Shown here piece by piece: positions 45,244 to 64,000 of a stretch of 64,000 bases of DNA. Under the pieces are notes generated by a model. The model was not told where the DNA came from. It ran no database searches and was given only the letters and a program-made list of their open reading frames with translations. Source of the stretch: the human T2T-CHM13v2.0 reference genome, Homo sapiens. Each line of letters opens with the position of its first letter. Positions within the stretch are counted from its first letter, which is position 1. Both the position numbers and the translations under genes were made by a program. The stretch lies in the NCBI RefSeq assembly GCF_009914755.1, contig NC_060941.1; one strand, written 5' to 3'.

Positions 45244-48241
45244 CTGCCGGCACCCAAGATAAAGCCCACAGGAGGTGTGAGTAGTCAGCATGCCAGGACT
45301 GACTCTCCGCCCTTCCCCACTCAGATTTCTGGGTACAGGAAGTCACCACCCTCCCAGGGTGCTGGACCTGTGGCCCCAAGGGCTGATTTAGGCCTAGGAC
45401 CCCCTGGACTCCCCCTTGGCCCCAGACAGCTCACTAGCTGGCCCCTAGTGGTGCCCCAACAGGCCTGGCCACAGCCAAATCCACGCCTGCTGCCCTCATG
45501 CTCAGCCCTCCTGTTCCCAGACAAGCCAGGAGGCCGGCAGCCCCTGCATCCCTTCAGACCAGGACCAAGGCTGAGCTTGGCATGGGGCATAAGGGAGGAA
45601 CAGACAGGATGGCCTCAAACCGGGCCCTTGTTTTCAGGGAGCTCCCAGGCCGAGGGAGAGTCATAGTCCCTGCCCTGGAAGAGTACCCTATTTAATGGAA
45701 AAGGAAAATCTGGGCTGGACGCGGTGGCTCACGCCTGTAATCCCAGCACTTTGGGAGGCCGAGGCGGGCGGATCACGGGAGGTCAGGAGTTCGAGACCAG
45801 CCTGGACAAAACAGCGAAACCTCGTCTTTACTAAATATACAAAAATTAGTGTGGCCTGGTGGCACACGCCTGTAATCCCAGCTACTTGGGAGGCTGAGGC
45901 ACAAGAATCACTTGAACTCGGGAGCCGAGATCGCGCCACTGCACTCCAGCCTGGGCGACAGAGCGAGACTCTGTCTCAAAAGAAGGAGAAAAATCTGGAT
46001 CTTAGAAGGCACCAGTCTAAAGGAGGAGGCTGCCTCTTGGTCCTGGGGAGTTTCCAGTCTGGAATGGGACTTATATAAACAGAGGAGCAGACACAGACCC
46101 TCAAGCAGAGCTAATACAGAACCCAGAGTCCACACAGCATCACCAGGGTGGTGGGAAGGGGAGAGAAGCAGCAAGGATTCCTTCGAGGCATATCTTTGAG
46201 CCTTTGCTGTGTGCCTGATGGAGATGAAATAAAGAAGTTAGAATGCTATGGGCTGGGGGTTCATTCTGCAAAGGCTCTCCTGCAGAGGAGCACTTGGGCC
46301 AGGGTTCAAAGGAGGCCAGGGAAATGGTTGGCAGAAAGACTTAAGAGCCAGAGAGGGGCGATGTGGAAGCCCTTCCTGGAGCCGACCCAAGAGCACCAGC
46401 CGCAGGAGGAATGGAGGCAGGGCAGGCAGGTTCCCTTGGCAGCCACCGCCACAGAGGTGGGGCCGCTGACCTGTGAGGAGCCCTGGGTCATTAATCAGGC
46501 TGCCCAGCGGTGGTGGCGGCAGACACAGCAGAGTAAACGACATTCTCCCTGCCAGGCTGCCAGCTGCCCAGCCGGCCCTTGCCCTGGGCGCAGCGTGAGC
46601 AGGGACAAGGGGTTCCTGCACTCCTCACCTGCCAGAAGGCACTCTGCTCTTACGATAAGCGACACAATCTGGAGACCTGGGGTCGGGGCAGGCTGGGGGA
46701 CGATGAGCGGAAGAAGCATGGTTGGTTGGTGTCGGGGGCTATTCCCTCTGCCACTGCCCTCCCTTCCTGCCTCCAGACAGCCCATGCCTCCACCCATCCT
46801 CAGCACGGCAGTCAAACCAATCAAAAACACCTTGCTCTGTTCACAGGCTATCCAGGGCTCCCTGAAGACACTGTCCTCGAGACGAAAACCAAAGCTCTTA
46901 GGCTGGCATGCAAGATCCCACCATCAGCCAGCCCCAGCCTCTCTCTAGCTCCTTCTCTCTCCTCTCACCACCTTGTGCATCCTTGTGTGCCCACCCCCCA
47001 GACCAGACTCCCCTGACAGCCTCAAGCCACCAATGGTCACTCGTGCCACTGCCCACGCTGGTCCTCCTGTCTGGAATGGCCACCCTCGCCTTCTCCCCTT
47101 GACAGATTCCTGGTCATTCAACACTCGGCTTAAACTCTGCCTTCTTTTATTGTTGAGACAGAGTCTCGTTCTGTCGCCCAAGCTGGAGTGCCATGGCATG
47201 GCCTCGGCTCACTGCAACCTCCGTCTCCCGGGTTCAAGCGATTCTCGTGCCTTAGCCTCCCAAGTAGCTGGGATTACAGGCACACGCCTCCACGCCCAGC
47301 AAATTTTTGTATTTTTAGTGGAGACGGGGTTTTACCGTGTTGGCCAGGCTGGTCTCAAACTCCTGACCTCAAGTGATCCACCCACCTGGGCCTCCCAAGG
47401 TGCTGGGATTACAGGTGTGAGCCACTGCGCCTAGCCAAACCCTGCCTTCTTATCAGCCTTTCACCCCTACCTCCCCAATGAGGACCTCCACCCCCTGCAA
47501 GTGGCCTCCACCATCCCTTATTTCAGGGAGTCCTCAAGGGGTGACTCATGTGTACTATTTGCAAGAGTTACATGGGGCCACTCTTGTTGGATTCTTGGTT
47601 TTACTCACAAAGCCACCTGGTAGGGGGGCTGCCCTGATGCCACGGCCCCTGGGGTGAGGGCTAAGGATGCTGCTTCCCATTGCTGCCACAGCCACCAGCC
47701 CTGGAGTCTCGGGAGGGTACCCAGAGGGGGACGCACTGCTCTCCAGCTCTGCCCACAGGCACTGAAGCCACTGCTTCTGCCCAGAGCTCTTAGCCTCCCT
47801 CGGGAAAGCAGCTCCCTCTGTTTCTGCCCCTTTCCCCATCCTCCAGGAGAACTAATGCTTCATGTTTTTCCTTGGTGTCTGTCTCTCCTATTTCCACCCA
47901 TCTCTGCTGGAGACCCCTATCTCAATTTTTAAAAAAATCACCCATCAAGAAACAAAGCTCCGTGCGTGGCACTCTGTGCAGAGAGATCTGCACAAAGGAA
48001 GAGTCCGATGGCTGCCTCCCAGCCTGCTTCCTGGATTCACAGGTGAGCAGTTTTTATTCCACTTCCAAGCAAAAAACATATAGGGGGCCCTGCCCAACAC
48101 TGTACATCTGATAGTCTGTAGGACTCCAACTCTGAAGCTGGTTATGGTTCACCTGGGACCACCTGCCACGGCCGTAGCTACAGCCTGCCCTCTTCCCCCC
48201 AGTTCAAACAAAAAAGTGGCTTATTAAGAGACATCAGTTAG

Positions 48242-48587
<346 letters not shown>

Positions 48588-48766
48588 TAGGAAGTGTTTG
48601 CTGGAGGTGGGGGTAGGGGGACTGGTGCTTTGCAATGTGTTAAAATTAGGGAAATAAACCTGCCTCCCTAAATCCTGGGCTATCTTATGATCTGTGGGTG
48701 AGGGGAAAACGAGTGGCCCACCTTAGCCCAGCCAGCACCAGATAGCCTTTCCATCCTTTTGCATGC

Positions 48767-49237
48767 TGTAGTGAGTTTCAACTGTGTTACCCAAAACGAT
48801 ATGTTCAAGTGTGAACCTCTGGTACCTATGAATGTGACTTTATTTGGAAATAGTCTTTGCAGATGAAACAAGTCAAGATGAAGGCAGACCGGATTAGGGT
48901 GGGCCCTAAATCCAATGACCGGTGTCTTTATGTAAACGAAGAGGGAGATGTGGATACAGAGTCGCAGAGGAGACACAGGGAGGATCCCTGTCACAATGAA
49001 GGCAGAGATTAGAGTGACGCTGTTTACAAACCAAGGACACCAAGGATTTCCAGGAGATCCAGAAGCTAGGACAAGACAAGGAAGGCTCCTTTCCCAGGGC
49101 CTTGAGAGGGAGCGTGGCCCTGCTGACACCTTAATTTCAGACTTCTGGCCTCCAGAACTGCAAGTGAATAAATTTCTGTTGTTTTCAGCTACCAAAATTG
49201 TGGTAATTTGTTCTGGCAGCCCTAGGAAATGAATATC
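48767..49237 (+). mobile_element. MaLR LTR (MLT1C-like)
   Basis: gaatgtgactttatttggaaatag...ggccctgctgacacctt...ctccagaactg; AATAAA at 49167-49172. Confidence 0.85.
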
Positions 49238-49529
49238 TGTGCCACAGGTGTGTGTTACTGTGGCCCAGTTGGGACAACCTGAAATTGTTTTCCCTGTTCC
49301 ACATCATCCCCTTGCTTAGGCCATTCTGTGGCTCCCCAGTTGCACTCAGAACAAAGGTTACGCCCCTTCCGCCATTCCCTTCTCTTCTTTACTAATAGAA
49401 AATTGATTTTGGATTGAGCACAGTGGTTCATGCCTGTAATCCTAGCACTTTGAGAGGACGAGGCTGGAGGATCACTTGAGGCCAGGAGTTCAAGACCAGC
49501 CTGGGCAACATAGTGAGACCCTGTCTCTA

Positions 49530-49670
<141 letters not shown>

Positions 49671-51686
49671 TCAGCCTGAGTGACACAGTGAGACTCTGTC
49701 TCAAAAAAAAAAAAAAGATTGATTCTGTAGCAACCAGCAATGATGTAGCCATCTAATAAACCTCATTCCCTGGATGTCTTAAGGATTACCATGTGACACA
49801 GGCTGGCTCATGACATCAGCTGAAGGTTCTAGTGGAACCTTCTGAAAGAGATCAAATTTGACTGCTTGTCCCTCTTATCTTTGCCCTTCTTCTTCCTGCC
49901 TGGAATGCAGACATGATGGCTGGAGTTCCAACAGCCATCTTGTGAGTATAAGGACAAGAGCCACACCCTAAGGATGGTGAAGTGGACAACTAGATGGAGA
50001 CTTGGTCCCTGATGACATGCTAGAGGGCTGCTTCTTAAGTCCCTGGGTTTAGCTCTCTGTTAAACGGAAACACAAATCCTTCCCCACGTGTGGTGGTCTG
50101 GCCCCAACTCAGCACCTCCTCCTCTCCCCTGCTCTCTTGTTCTGGGAATCACCACACAGTTGTCTGCCTCAGGACCTTGGTGCCGCCTGTGCCTCAAAAT
50201 TTCTTCCCTTCCCTGTTCAGGAGCTGACCCTTCCTCACCTATCCAGCCTCAGCTCAGGAGTCACTTCCTCAAGAAAGCCTCTCTGATTCCCTGTTGCATT
50301 CCCATCACACCCTGTGCTTCTTTCTCCTGGTGTTTTGCACACTTGTGACAATTTACTTGGATTTTATACACATCTTCATGTCTGCCTTTCCTGTAAGATC
50401 GTAAGACCCCAAGAGTAAGGTCAGCCTTTATTTATCGTGTTTAAGCACAGAGTATGTGTTCAATGGAGGATTTGTTGAGCAAAGAATGACCACAAATTAT
50501 AGCTGCCTGTTTTACAGGTACCACTACATATTCTGAAGTCCAGGATAGGATCATTTTACCAAACAAAGCAGGACAGCTGCAGATGCTAAACAGGTGCTCT
50601 CAGGTAAGTCTCAGAGTCAACTGAATACAGCTTCCACCTGGGAACCTGAGCGGGCCAGTGTTTAAGACGGTTGCTTTGAGGCTCGGAGAAAGGTCTGGTT
50701 TCAATCAGCCTGCTTCCTGGGCCCCGCACAGCGAGAGCTTTCCCCAAACCTCCGGGCGTCTGAAATGAGTGCCCGGGACAGAAGCCACGCTCTGCAGTTG
50801 TGAAGCCCAAACAGATGCTGACGTGTCTCTTGCCGCCTCAGCTAAGACTGCAAAGCGTGAGCTTCCTGGGAATGCATCTTCCTGGCCCGTTGCTCGGAGT
50901 TCTCTGCTTCACAGCAAAGACAAGCAGTCTGATCCAAACTAGTGCTGTTCTGCAGAGAAACCAGGCCCTGTGTCACGTGCCTCAGCTCTGACACCTGGAT
51001 GATCCCTGGACTCATTCTTGGAGTTCCCGATGACCCCTGCAATGGCACCTCTTAACTGACAGAAAACTTCCATCTATTCTGACTCAAGGAAAGTCAGAAA
51101 TGAAACGAGCTGCTGCCTCTAACTCCTAAGCTGATTCTCTCCAATGAGTCAGCAGATCCCAGGGAAGGCAAGAGCCTCGAAGCCTAACGATGCCCTACTC
51201 AGGCCAGCGAGGGTGAGGCCAAGCTCTGCTTCAGGCCTCAGAAGTGCCAAGTACAGCTGGCCTGCCAGGGGGAGGACTGGCTCAAGGGCAATGCCATGCA
51301 GAATCTGCTGCAGGTCCCAAACAGGCCCAACAGACTGCCCTCCTGGCACACCTGACTTTTATTACTCCAGGACAGTGAAGCCAGGAGCCATATCTACTCA
51401 GCTCTGGCTGAGGGTGGCCACACAGTGATGGGTGAGGCCAAATTGCACCCTGGAGGGAGGGGGCGACTTGCAGGGGGATCACTCCTGGGCAGAGCCAAGC
51501 ACAAAGCCTGCAGGGGAGCATTTGGGAGCGTGGGAGGAAGGAGAAGGGAAGCTGGCATTTGCTGAGTGGTGATGGGAGAGTGCTGGGCATTTCATATTTG
51601 TTACTGCAGGGCAACCCTAGGAGGTGAGCACTAATATTAGTCCCATTTTCTCAGTGGGGAAACTGAGACTAGAAATCATGTAACTA

Positions 51687-51881
<195 letters not shown>

Positions 51882-53911
51882 TCAATTGCTTGAATCCAGG
51901 AGTGGAGGTTGCTGTGAGCCGAGATTGCGCCACTGCACTCCAGCCTGGGTGACACAGTGAGACTCCGTCTCAAAAAAACAAAAAATAAAAAGAAATAATG
52001 TAACTGTATGAAACCAGGTCAGTTCCACTCAAAGACAGTGACCTTTCCTCTATCCACTGTCTCTGAGATCTTTAAGCAACAGCTCTCTGGGAAGGTGACT
52101 TAGGCTACCTACCAGTCATTGGTTAAACTCTCAATCAGAAGGACCACTGTCTGGAGGCTGGAGCTCAGGGACGGTGGCACATTCATCTCCGCCCCCAGCA
52201 CCTCCCTAGCGCAGGGGTTGGCACCTGGCATCTGGTGGGTGTTCAGCATCTGCTTGCCAAATGAGCTGAATCACAAGGATTCTGCAGCCAATGGTGTCAA
52301 GACTGTGCTGAGAATGTGCAGTGTGGCTCTGACAAGGACAGCATCCTCCCCCATCTCCAGTGGCAGGTGACACAAAAGCCACTTGTGGAGGAACCAGCTG
52401 CCTCCTCTGGGAATCCAAGCCCACAGACAGCATTCCCAAACCTGGGACATCCTGGACACAGGAAGGTGTCTCTGGATTCCTCAATTTCTTCTCTGAGGAA
52501 GTAAAGCCAACAAGGCAGATACCTTCGGGGGCAAGGAAGAGAAACCCAGCTTCAACACGGAGGACATGTGTTAGACCAAGCGTCTGAGAGCCTGGCAGCA
52601 GGCATGGAACATGGATGATCCTCGTGTCATCAGGACATTGTCCTAAGTGTGACTGCCTCCTGGTCCAAAGAGGGCTGCCTATAGCCACTGAGGCAGCATG
52701 CTTCCTTGTCGGGTTCAAAAGGAGAAACCTCACACCAAGAGTGGAACACAAGATCTTCCCTTCAGTCTGATGTGGCCCCCGATTATTACAAGGGCCAGGG
52801 CGTGCCAGATTGGTTAAACCAGTCTACTTCCCCCAGGAACTGGGGATCATGGCTCCGCTAGGAATGGGGAATGGAAGCTGGGTGAGCAAAGGCCTGACAT
52901 CAGGGTTGACGGGGAATGTGGCTCAATGACCAAGACCAAGCTCTTTCAGTCTTTCTTCTCTGCCACTTTCAGTGTGGGCTTCATTGTAAGGCTAGGCATC
53001 TTTTAGTGACGGGATGGCAGACAGTGGCAACTAGCCCTGGCTCATGGAAGCAAGACAGGCACAGCACACCTCTCCCCGACCACTGAATGAACACGTGTGC
53101 TTCAAGATGGCAGGGTCAACCTGGGTCCCCTGCCACCTCTGGACTAGGAAGCCCTAGATGCTAAACAGCTTCCACCTAAACCAAACACCAGCTGGGGGGT
53201 AGGATTATCATGGAACCCAAGATCCCATTCCTATTGTACAAGGCTGTAAGGTAAAATATATGTTGAAAAGTCAACCGCAATGTCCACTTGCCATCTGAAT
53301 CCAACCAATGAACCAGTACTCTCAAAAGACAAGAAGCACTTTGGGAGGCTGAGGCAGAAACATCGCTTGAATCCAGGAGTTCAAGACCAGCTTGGGCAAC
53401 ATAGTGAGACCCTCCCCCGAAGTCTACAAAAAAAAAAATGCAAAAATTAGCTGGGCATGGTGGCATGCACCTGTAGTCCCAGCTACTTGTGAGACTGGGG
53501 CAGGAGGATTGCCTGATCCCAAGGGATCAAAGCTGCAGTAAGCCATGATCATGCCACTGCATTCCAGCCTGGGCAACAGAGCAAGACATTGTCACAAAAC
53601 AAAACCAAGAGACATGCCTTTTACTTTCTGGAAGCAGAGCTGAGTAAAGGGTTTGATTGGCCAGCATCCTCCAATCTGTCCACATGCCCAGGGAGGTGCA
53701 ACAGTTCTGCCAACCACTCAGGCCTTGTGGAATGAAAAAGAAGAGACTTCAGCTGGGGCAGGGCTGCTCCATTGCCTGTATTGATTGTCTCCATCCAGTT
53801 CTTTATGAGGCCAGAGTTTACCCAGGTTCCTCAGGGCTGAGCATCAGTGATGCAATGAAAGCTATTGCCACCTACCCGCGGCGTTCTAGAGCCAGTCCTT
53901 TTAGTCTAGAA

Positions 53912-54078
53912 TTCCTTCCCTCCCTCCCTCCCTCCCTCCCTTCCTTCCTTCCTTCCTTCCTTCCTTCCTCTCTCTCTCTCAATCTCTTCCTTCCTTCCTC
54001 TCAATCTCTTCCTTCCTTTCTCTTTCTTTCTTTCTCTCTCTGTCTGTCTGTCTCTCTCTCTTTTCTTTTCTTCTTTTT
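53912..54078. repeat. Polypyrimidine (TCCC/TTCC/CT)n tract
   Basis: Read directly; adjoins an Alu tail. Confidence 0.9.
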
Positions 54079-54245
54079 TGAGATGGAGTTTCGTTCTTGT
54101 CGCCCAGGCTGGAGTGCAATGGTGAGATCTGGGCTACTGCAACCTCTGCTTCCTGGGATCAAGCGATTCTCCTGCCTCACCCTCCAGAGTCTCTGGGATT
54201 ACAGGTGCATACCACCACACCCAGCTAATTTTGTATTTTTAATAG

Positions 54246-54374
<129 letters not shown>

Positions 54375-55709
54375 TGATGCTCCTGAAACATCAATGTTGT
54401 ATGGAGCCCTGCTAACTAAAATTTCAGGTGTGACATTATATTTTAAATAATATCCTTGTACCAGACATGTTTTAGGATGCTCCATCCCCATCCCAATGAC
54501 GTTTGCCCCCAGACCCGTAGGCCCTGCTGAGTTGACTACACCCATCACAGTCTCCTACATGACCCTGTGCTTCCTCAGACTGATTGGACATAGGTAATCA
54601 CATGATTCAAAAGCAGCTCATCTATTGGAAGCCTACAATCTACAGCTTGTGCAGCCTGAGCCAATCAGATCACCACCCGGGAGGGTGAAATTGGGAAACT
54701 GAGAAGCTGGCAGCAAGAGAGCTGAGTTGAAAGATCTTGGAGACTTAGGAACTGAAACCATTCAAGATGAACAGAGTCTGTGAGAAAAAAAGAAAAAAAG
54801 GAACCGAAACCATCCTGAGCTGTCTGCAGAAGACTTCTGATCCACAGAAAGGAAAGGCAGACCTTATATACATTTGGCTTCAATAAACATATGATGAATT
54901 AATGAAAAGGAGGCAAGAACTGGGGGAGGGGACCTGGTTCCCAACAGCTTTCCAGCTTCCTTGAGGTCTGGCTGTCCTTCATGTCCAGCCCTTGGGTCTC
55001 CCATGATCGTCTTCTGCACCCTCACGATAATCCTTCTCTGTGGGACAGCTCAAATAGCTCCTCAGAACCAAAAGGACCTTAAATAGAATAGCCTTGCTTA
55101 TGAGGTGATCAGAGGAAAAACCTCCAGGGTGAGCCCAGGCAGTCCTTCACTGGTACAGACAGCAAGAGTGTGAATGAGCCCACCACAAAGCAAGGGTACG
55201 TGTTTGAGATTATGAATGTGCAAATTACCCTGATCTGATCACTATACATTATATGTATTGAAACATTACTATGTACCCCATGAATATGTACAATTATTTG
55301 TCAATTAAAAAATTAAATTAGATCGGGCGTGGAGGCTCAGGCCTGTAATGCTGGTACTTTGGGAGACCCAGGTGGGTGGATCACTTGAGCTCACGAGTTC
55401 GAGACCAGCCTGGGCAACATGTTGAAACCACCATCTCTACAAAAAATACCAAAACTGGCCAGGGGTGATGGCGTGCTCCCATAGTCCGAGCTATTCAGAG
55501 TCTGAGGCAGGAGAATCGTTTGAGCCTGGGAAGTTGAAGCTGCAGTGAGCCAAGATCGCACCACTGCACCCCAGCCTGGGCGACAGAGTGAGACCCTGTC
55601 TCAAAAAAAATTTTTTTTTAACTTCATTTTTAAAAAGAATATGAATGAGAAGAGAGAACTGAGAAACTAAATTTCTGGGAGAACTTTTCCCTGGCAACAC
55701 ATCAGCCAC

Positions 55710-57313
<1,604 letters not shown>

Positions 57314-57509
57314 CCACTGTGATTCTTCTTCTCTAAAGTCAATCACTGCTAGCTTCTTGGCTGGCCATTGGGAAAAAGAGTCCCATGGCTTGAAATTCAC
57401 CAACTTTGGGGATACTTCCCAACTGCCACCATAGGCCCCTTATCACGCTGCCACCCACATGGGCAGTTTTGATGGAGGAACCCCACCCATGGCAAAGACT
57501 AATAACTGC

Positions 57510-58420
<911 letters not shown>

Positions 58421-59057
58421 GGTATGGTCACTATAATCCATATTGATGTGCCTCTTAAAAAGGATGCGGAGACCTTGCCTGGCAGTGAACCTTCCCAAGG
58501 AATTCACACAATTCACAGCCCATTGTAGAAGCTCTGACCAGGATGACTTGACATTACAAAGGAGCTCAGTGAGGGTTACACGAGCCACGCCGCTTGGCAA
58601 GTCCACCAAATGGAATGATGTTTCCTTGAAATGTGTGCAAGAAGCCCTGATCAATAATCCACATTTGTTTTGGGAGGCAGTGTGATATGGATTTCAAACA
58701 TTTTTGGTCCTGAAATCATTTCTTCCAACAAATCTTTCATAGAAGCTCAATACACAAATCACATCAAAGTAAAGCCACATTGGGAGAAGGACAGAGAAGG
58801 GTTGGAGCCTAGCTTGCTGTGCTACTTCCTTTTCTGCCACCCTCACTCCCACAGCAGCCCGTGAAGCGCTCCTCAGACCCTCGGGGTTCCATGGAGCACA
58901 ATTCGAAAACCATTGCTCTAGGATCAAACATATTGTCTGTGGAGTAAGACAGACCCAAGTTCCAAAATGGGCTCCATTATGTAATGGTTGGTGTCCAGCA
59001 TTCCTCTCTTCTCTGAGGGTCAGTTCCCTCATCAGTGACCTTTCTTGCAAGGTTCCT

Positions 59058-60960
<1,903 letters not shown>

Positions 60961-61813
60961 GCGCAATTCCTTTTAATGTCCCCTGTTATTATTTTCTCTC
61001 ACCTCATGTATCCATACAATAACCCCCAGCTGCCCTCTGGACATAGCCAAACCTCAGGTTGAAATAAACCCACACAGAACATTTGTCATCACAGAAATGC
61101 AGGAAGTATGTCCCCTGGTATAACCCTGCAAGGGGAGATCCAGGCTGGACAAAGAGCTCTGCCTCGCTGAGGGTCTGGGGTAGAGAGATGTCAGAGTGAG
61201 TGAGGCTGACCTAAGAAAGCCCTGGAAACAGGGCTTTGGATTAGGCTTGTACAGAGGATATGGACTGGCATTGGGGGTATTAAGCATTTCTTAATACCCC
61301 TAACAGTTCATGGAAATGGAAAAATCATCCTATCCTGGCAATGACCCAAATGTGGGCTTTTTGAGGGATTGTGATAGGGTAAATATAGACCATATAGCCA
61401 CAGAGAATTAGGACAAGGACAGACAAAAACAAAAACAGGCCTTCCCCATCCCTCATCTGGTCCCATGCTGGCCTATTTTCTTCTAGTGTTTTTTTATATG
61501 TATGTTAATTTCACAGTCACAGTTCTGCTGATCATGCAGTTTCATGGACCGCTTCTGTCACATTTCATGATATCAAAAGCAGCTTTTGATGGTAAACAAG
61601 GTATTTCCAAACATCATTTGTAACAGCTGCATGACAGTCCACTCAGGAGAAAACTCACAATTTTCTTCACTATTTCTCTTTTATTGAGCATTTAGGTAGC
61701 TTCCAATTTTGATGCTTTTATAAATACTACTGTGATGAACTTGTTGATACATTTTCCATATCTTGGATGACTTCCTCTGCTTCGTAGCCTTTGGTATAAA
61801 GCAATGCTTCTCA

Positions 61814-62759
<946 letters not shown>

Positions 62760-63125
62760 TACCTGGGAATCGGATTCTGATTCTGCAGGTCTGAGGACTC
62801 CGACATTCCACATTTCCCACGAGCTCCCAGGCACTGCCAGTGCTGCCGGTCCCTTCCCACACCTTGAAGAGTATTAAGAATATGAAAGATAACACCTGAA
62901 GCTTCAAGGCCAGGAAATCCTCTTTTGTGACTACAATCCTATTTTTGTACTTTCAGGTAAGATCTGGGAGGGATCTTTCTAGTTAACTTTCTCAAGCAAT
63001 CAGTGCATCTGATTTTTAGAACAACCCTATGAGAAATGATCAGTCCCACCTTACAGATGAGGAAACAGGTTTAGAGTTAAGGCCCAGCAAGGATACGCAC
63101 GGTCTACCTCATCTGGGACCTGAGG

Positions 63126-63235
63126 AGGGTGAGCAACTGCCCCAGTTTACATAGAACTTAGGAATTTCCAGGATGCCAGACTCTCAGAACTAAAGCCGGG
63201 ACCATCCTGGGAAACCCGGGATAGTTGATCCCCTA
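63126..63235 (+). mobile_element. MER81-like hAT MITE
   Basis: AGGGTGAGCAACT...AGTTGATCCCCTA termini, ~110 bp. Confidence 0.6.
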
Positions 63236-63409
63236 GACCAGAGCCGAATTCCAAGTCAGCTTATGCTTCCCACTCCCACTGTGTGCTAGGCCCTGAATGG
63301 ACATTACCGCACAACACCTTTGCAATAACACTTCAGACAATAGCATCCCCATTAGACAATGAAGAAATGGGCTCCTCAGTAGAGGGGCTAAGAAACTCGC
63401 CCAAGACAA

Positions 63410-63900
63410 AAAGACAAACATTCTAATTAAAAAATTGGCAAGGGGGAAGAAACGGACAAATGACTTGAATAGATATTCCTCCAAAGAAGATATAAAAATA
63501 GCCCAAAAAGACATGAAAAGATGCTCAATAAGGCCGGGTGCAGTGGCTCATGCCTGTAATCCCAGCACTTTGGGATGCCGAGGCGGGCGGATCACGAGGT
63601 CAAGAGATTGAGACCATCCTGGCTAACACAGTGAAACCCCATCTCTACTAAAAATACAAAAAATTAGCCGGGCATGATGGTGGCGGGCGCCTGTAGTCCC
63701 AGCTACTCGGGAGGCTGAGGCAGGAGAATGGCGTGAACCGAGGAGGTGGAGATCGCACCACTGCACTCCAGCCTGGGTGACAGGGTGAGACTCCATCTCA
63801 CAAAAAAAAAAAAAAAAAAAAAAAGATGCTCAATATCAGTATTCATTAGGGAAATGCAAATCAAAACTACAATGAAGTACCACTTCATACCCACTAGGAC
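63410..63900 (+). mobile_element. L1M ORF2 3' fragment interrupted by an AluY-like element (63532-63824)
   Basis: gaaatgcaaatcaaaactacaatgaagtaccacttcataccc; TSD AAAAGATGCTCAATA. Confidence 0.85.
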
Positions 63901-63902
63901 AG

Positions 63903-63950
<48 letters not shown>

Positions 63951-64000
63951 ATGTGTATATATATATATATATGTATATATATATGTGTATATATATGTAT
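63903..64000. repeat. (CT)n-(AT/GT)n compound microsatellite
   Basis: Read directly. Confidence 0.95.

Noticed and set aside
44896-46948. 256-aa and 266-aa plus-strand ORFs near exon 3
   Set aside because: GC-rich, stop-poor sequence partly antisense to a real exon; non-ATG starts; Pro/Gly/Arg-biased with no recognisable domain.

Overview
Human (Alu-rich primate) genomic DNA containing the 3' part of PLXDC1 (TEM7, plexin domain-containing 1) on the minus strand. Twelve coding exons (exons 3-14 of the canonical 14-exon model, aa 86-500) were mapped by hand with GT-AG boundaries and consistent phases, plus about 3.7 kb of 3' UTR. Exons 1-2 lie beyond the right edge. Introns hold roughly 50 Alus, MIR/L2/L1 fragments, MaLR/ERV1/ERVL LTRs and DNA-transposon relics. 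The standout structure is a ~480-bp inverted repeat that resembles no TE I recognise (9359-9836 / 20666-21143; core ~96% identical, ~120 nt perfect). It brackets exactly exons 9-11, a 279-nt phase-1/phase-1 block containing the PSI domain. This predicts an in-frame PSI-less receptor, a stop-free circular RNA and a possible inversion, and each arm also carries a cryptic exon. Other candidates: a 27-nt micro-exon or secreted-isoform terminal exon in intron 9, an LTR-derived poly(A) signal in the 3' UTR, and a speculative decayed antisense gene nested in introns 7-8. Repeat family names come from visual recall of consensus sequences and their boundaries are approximate.
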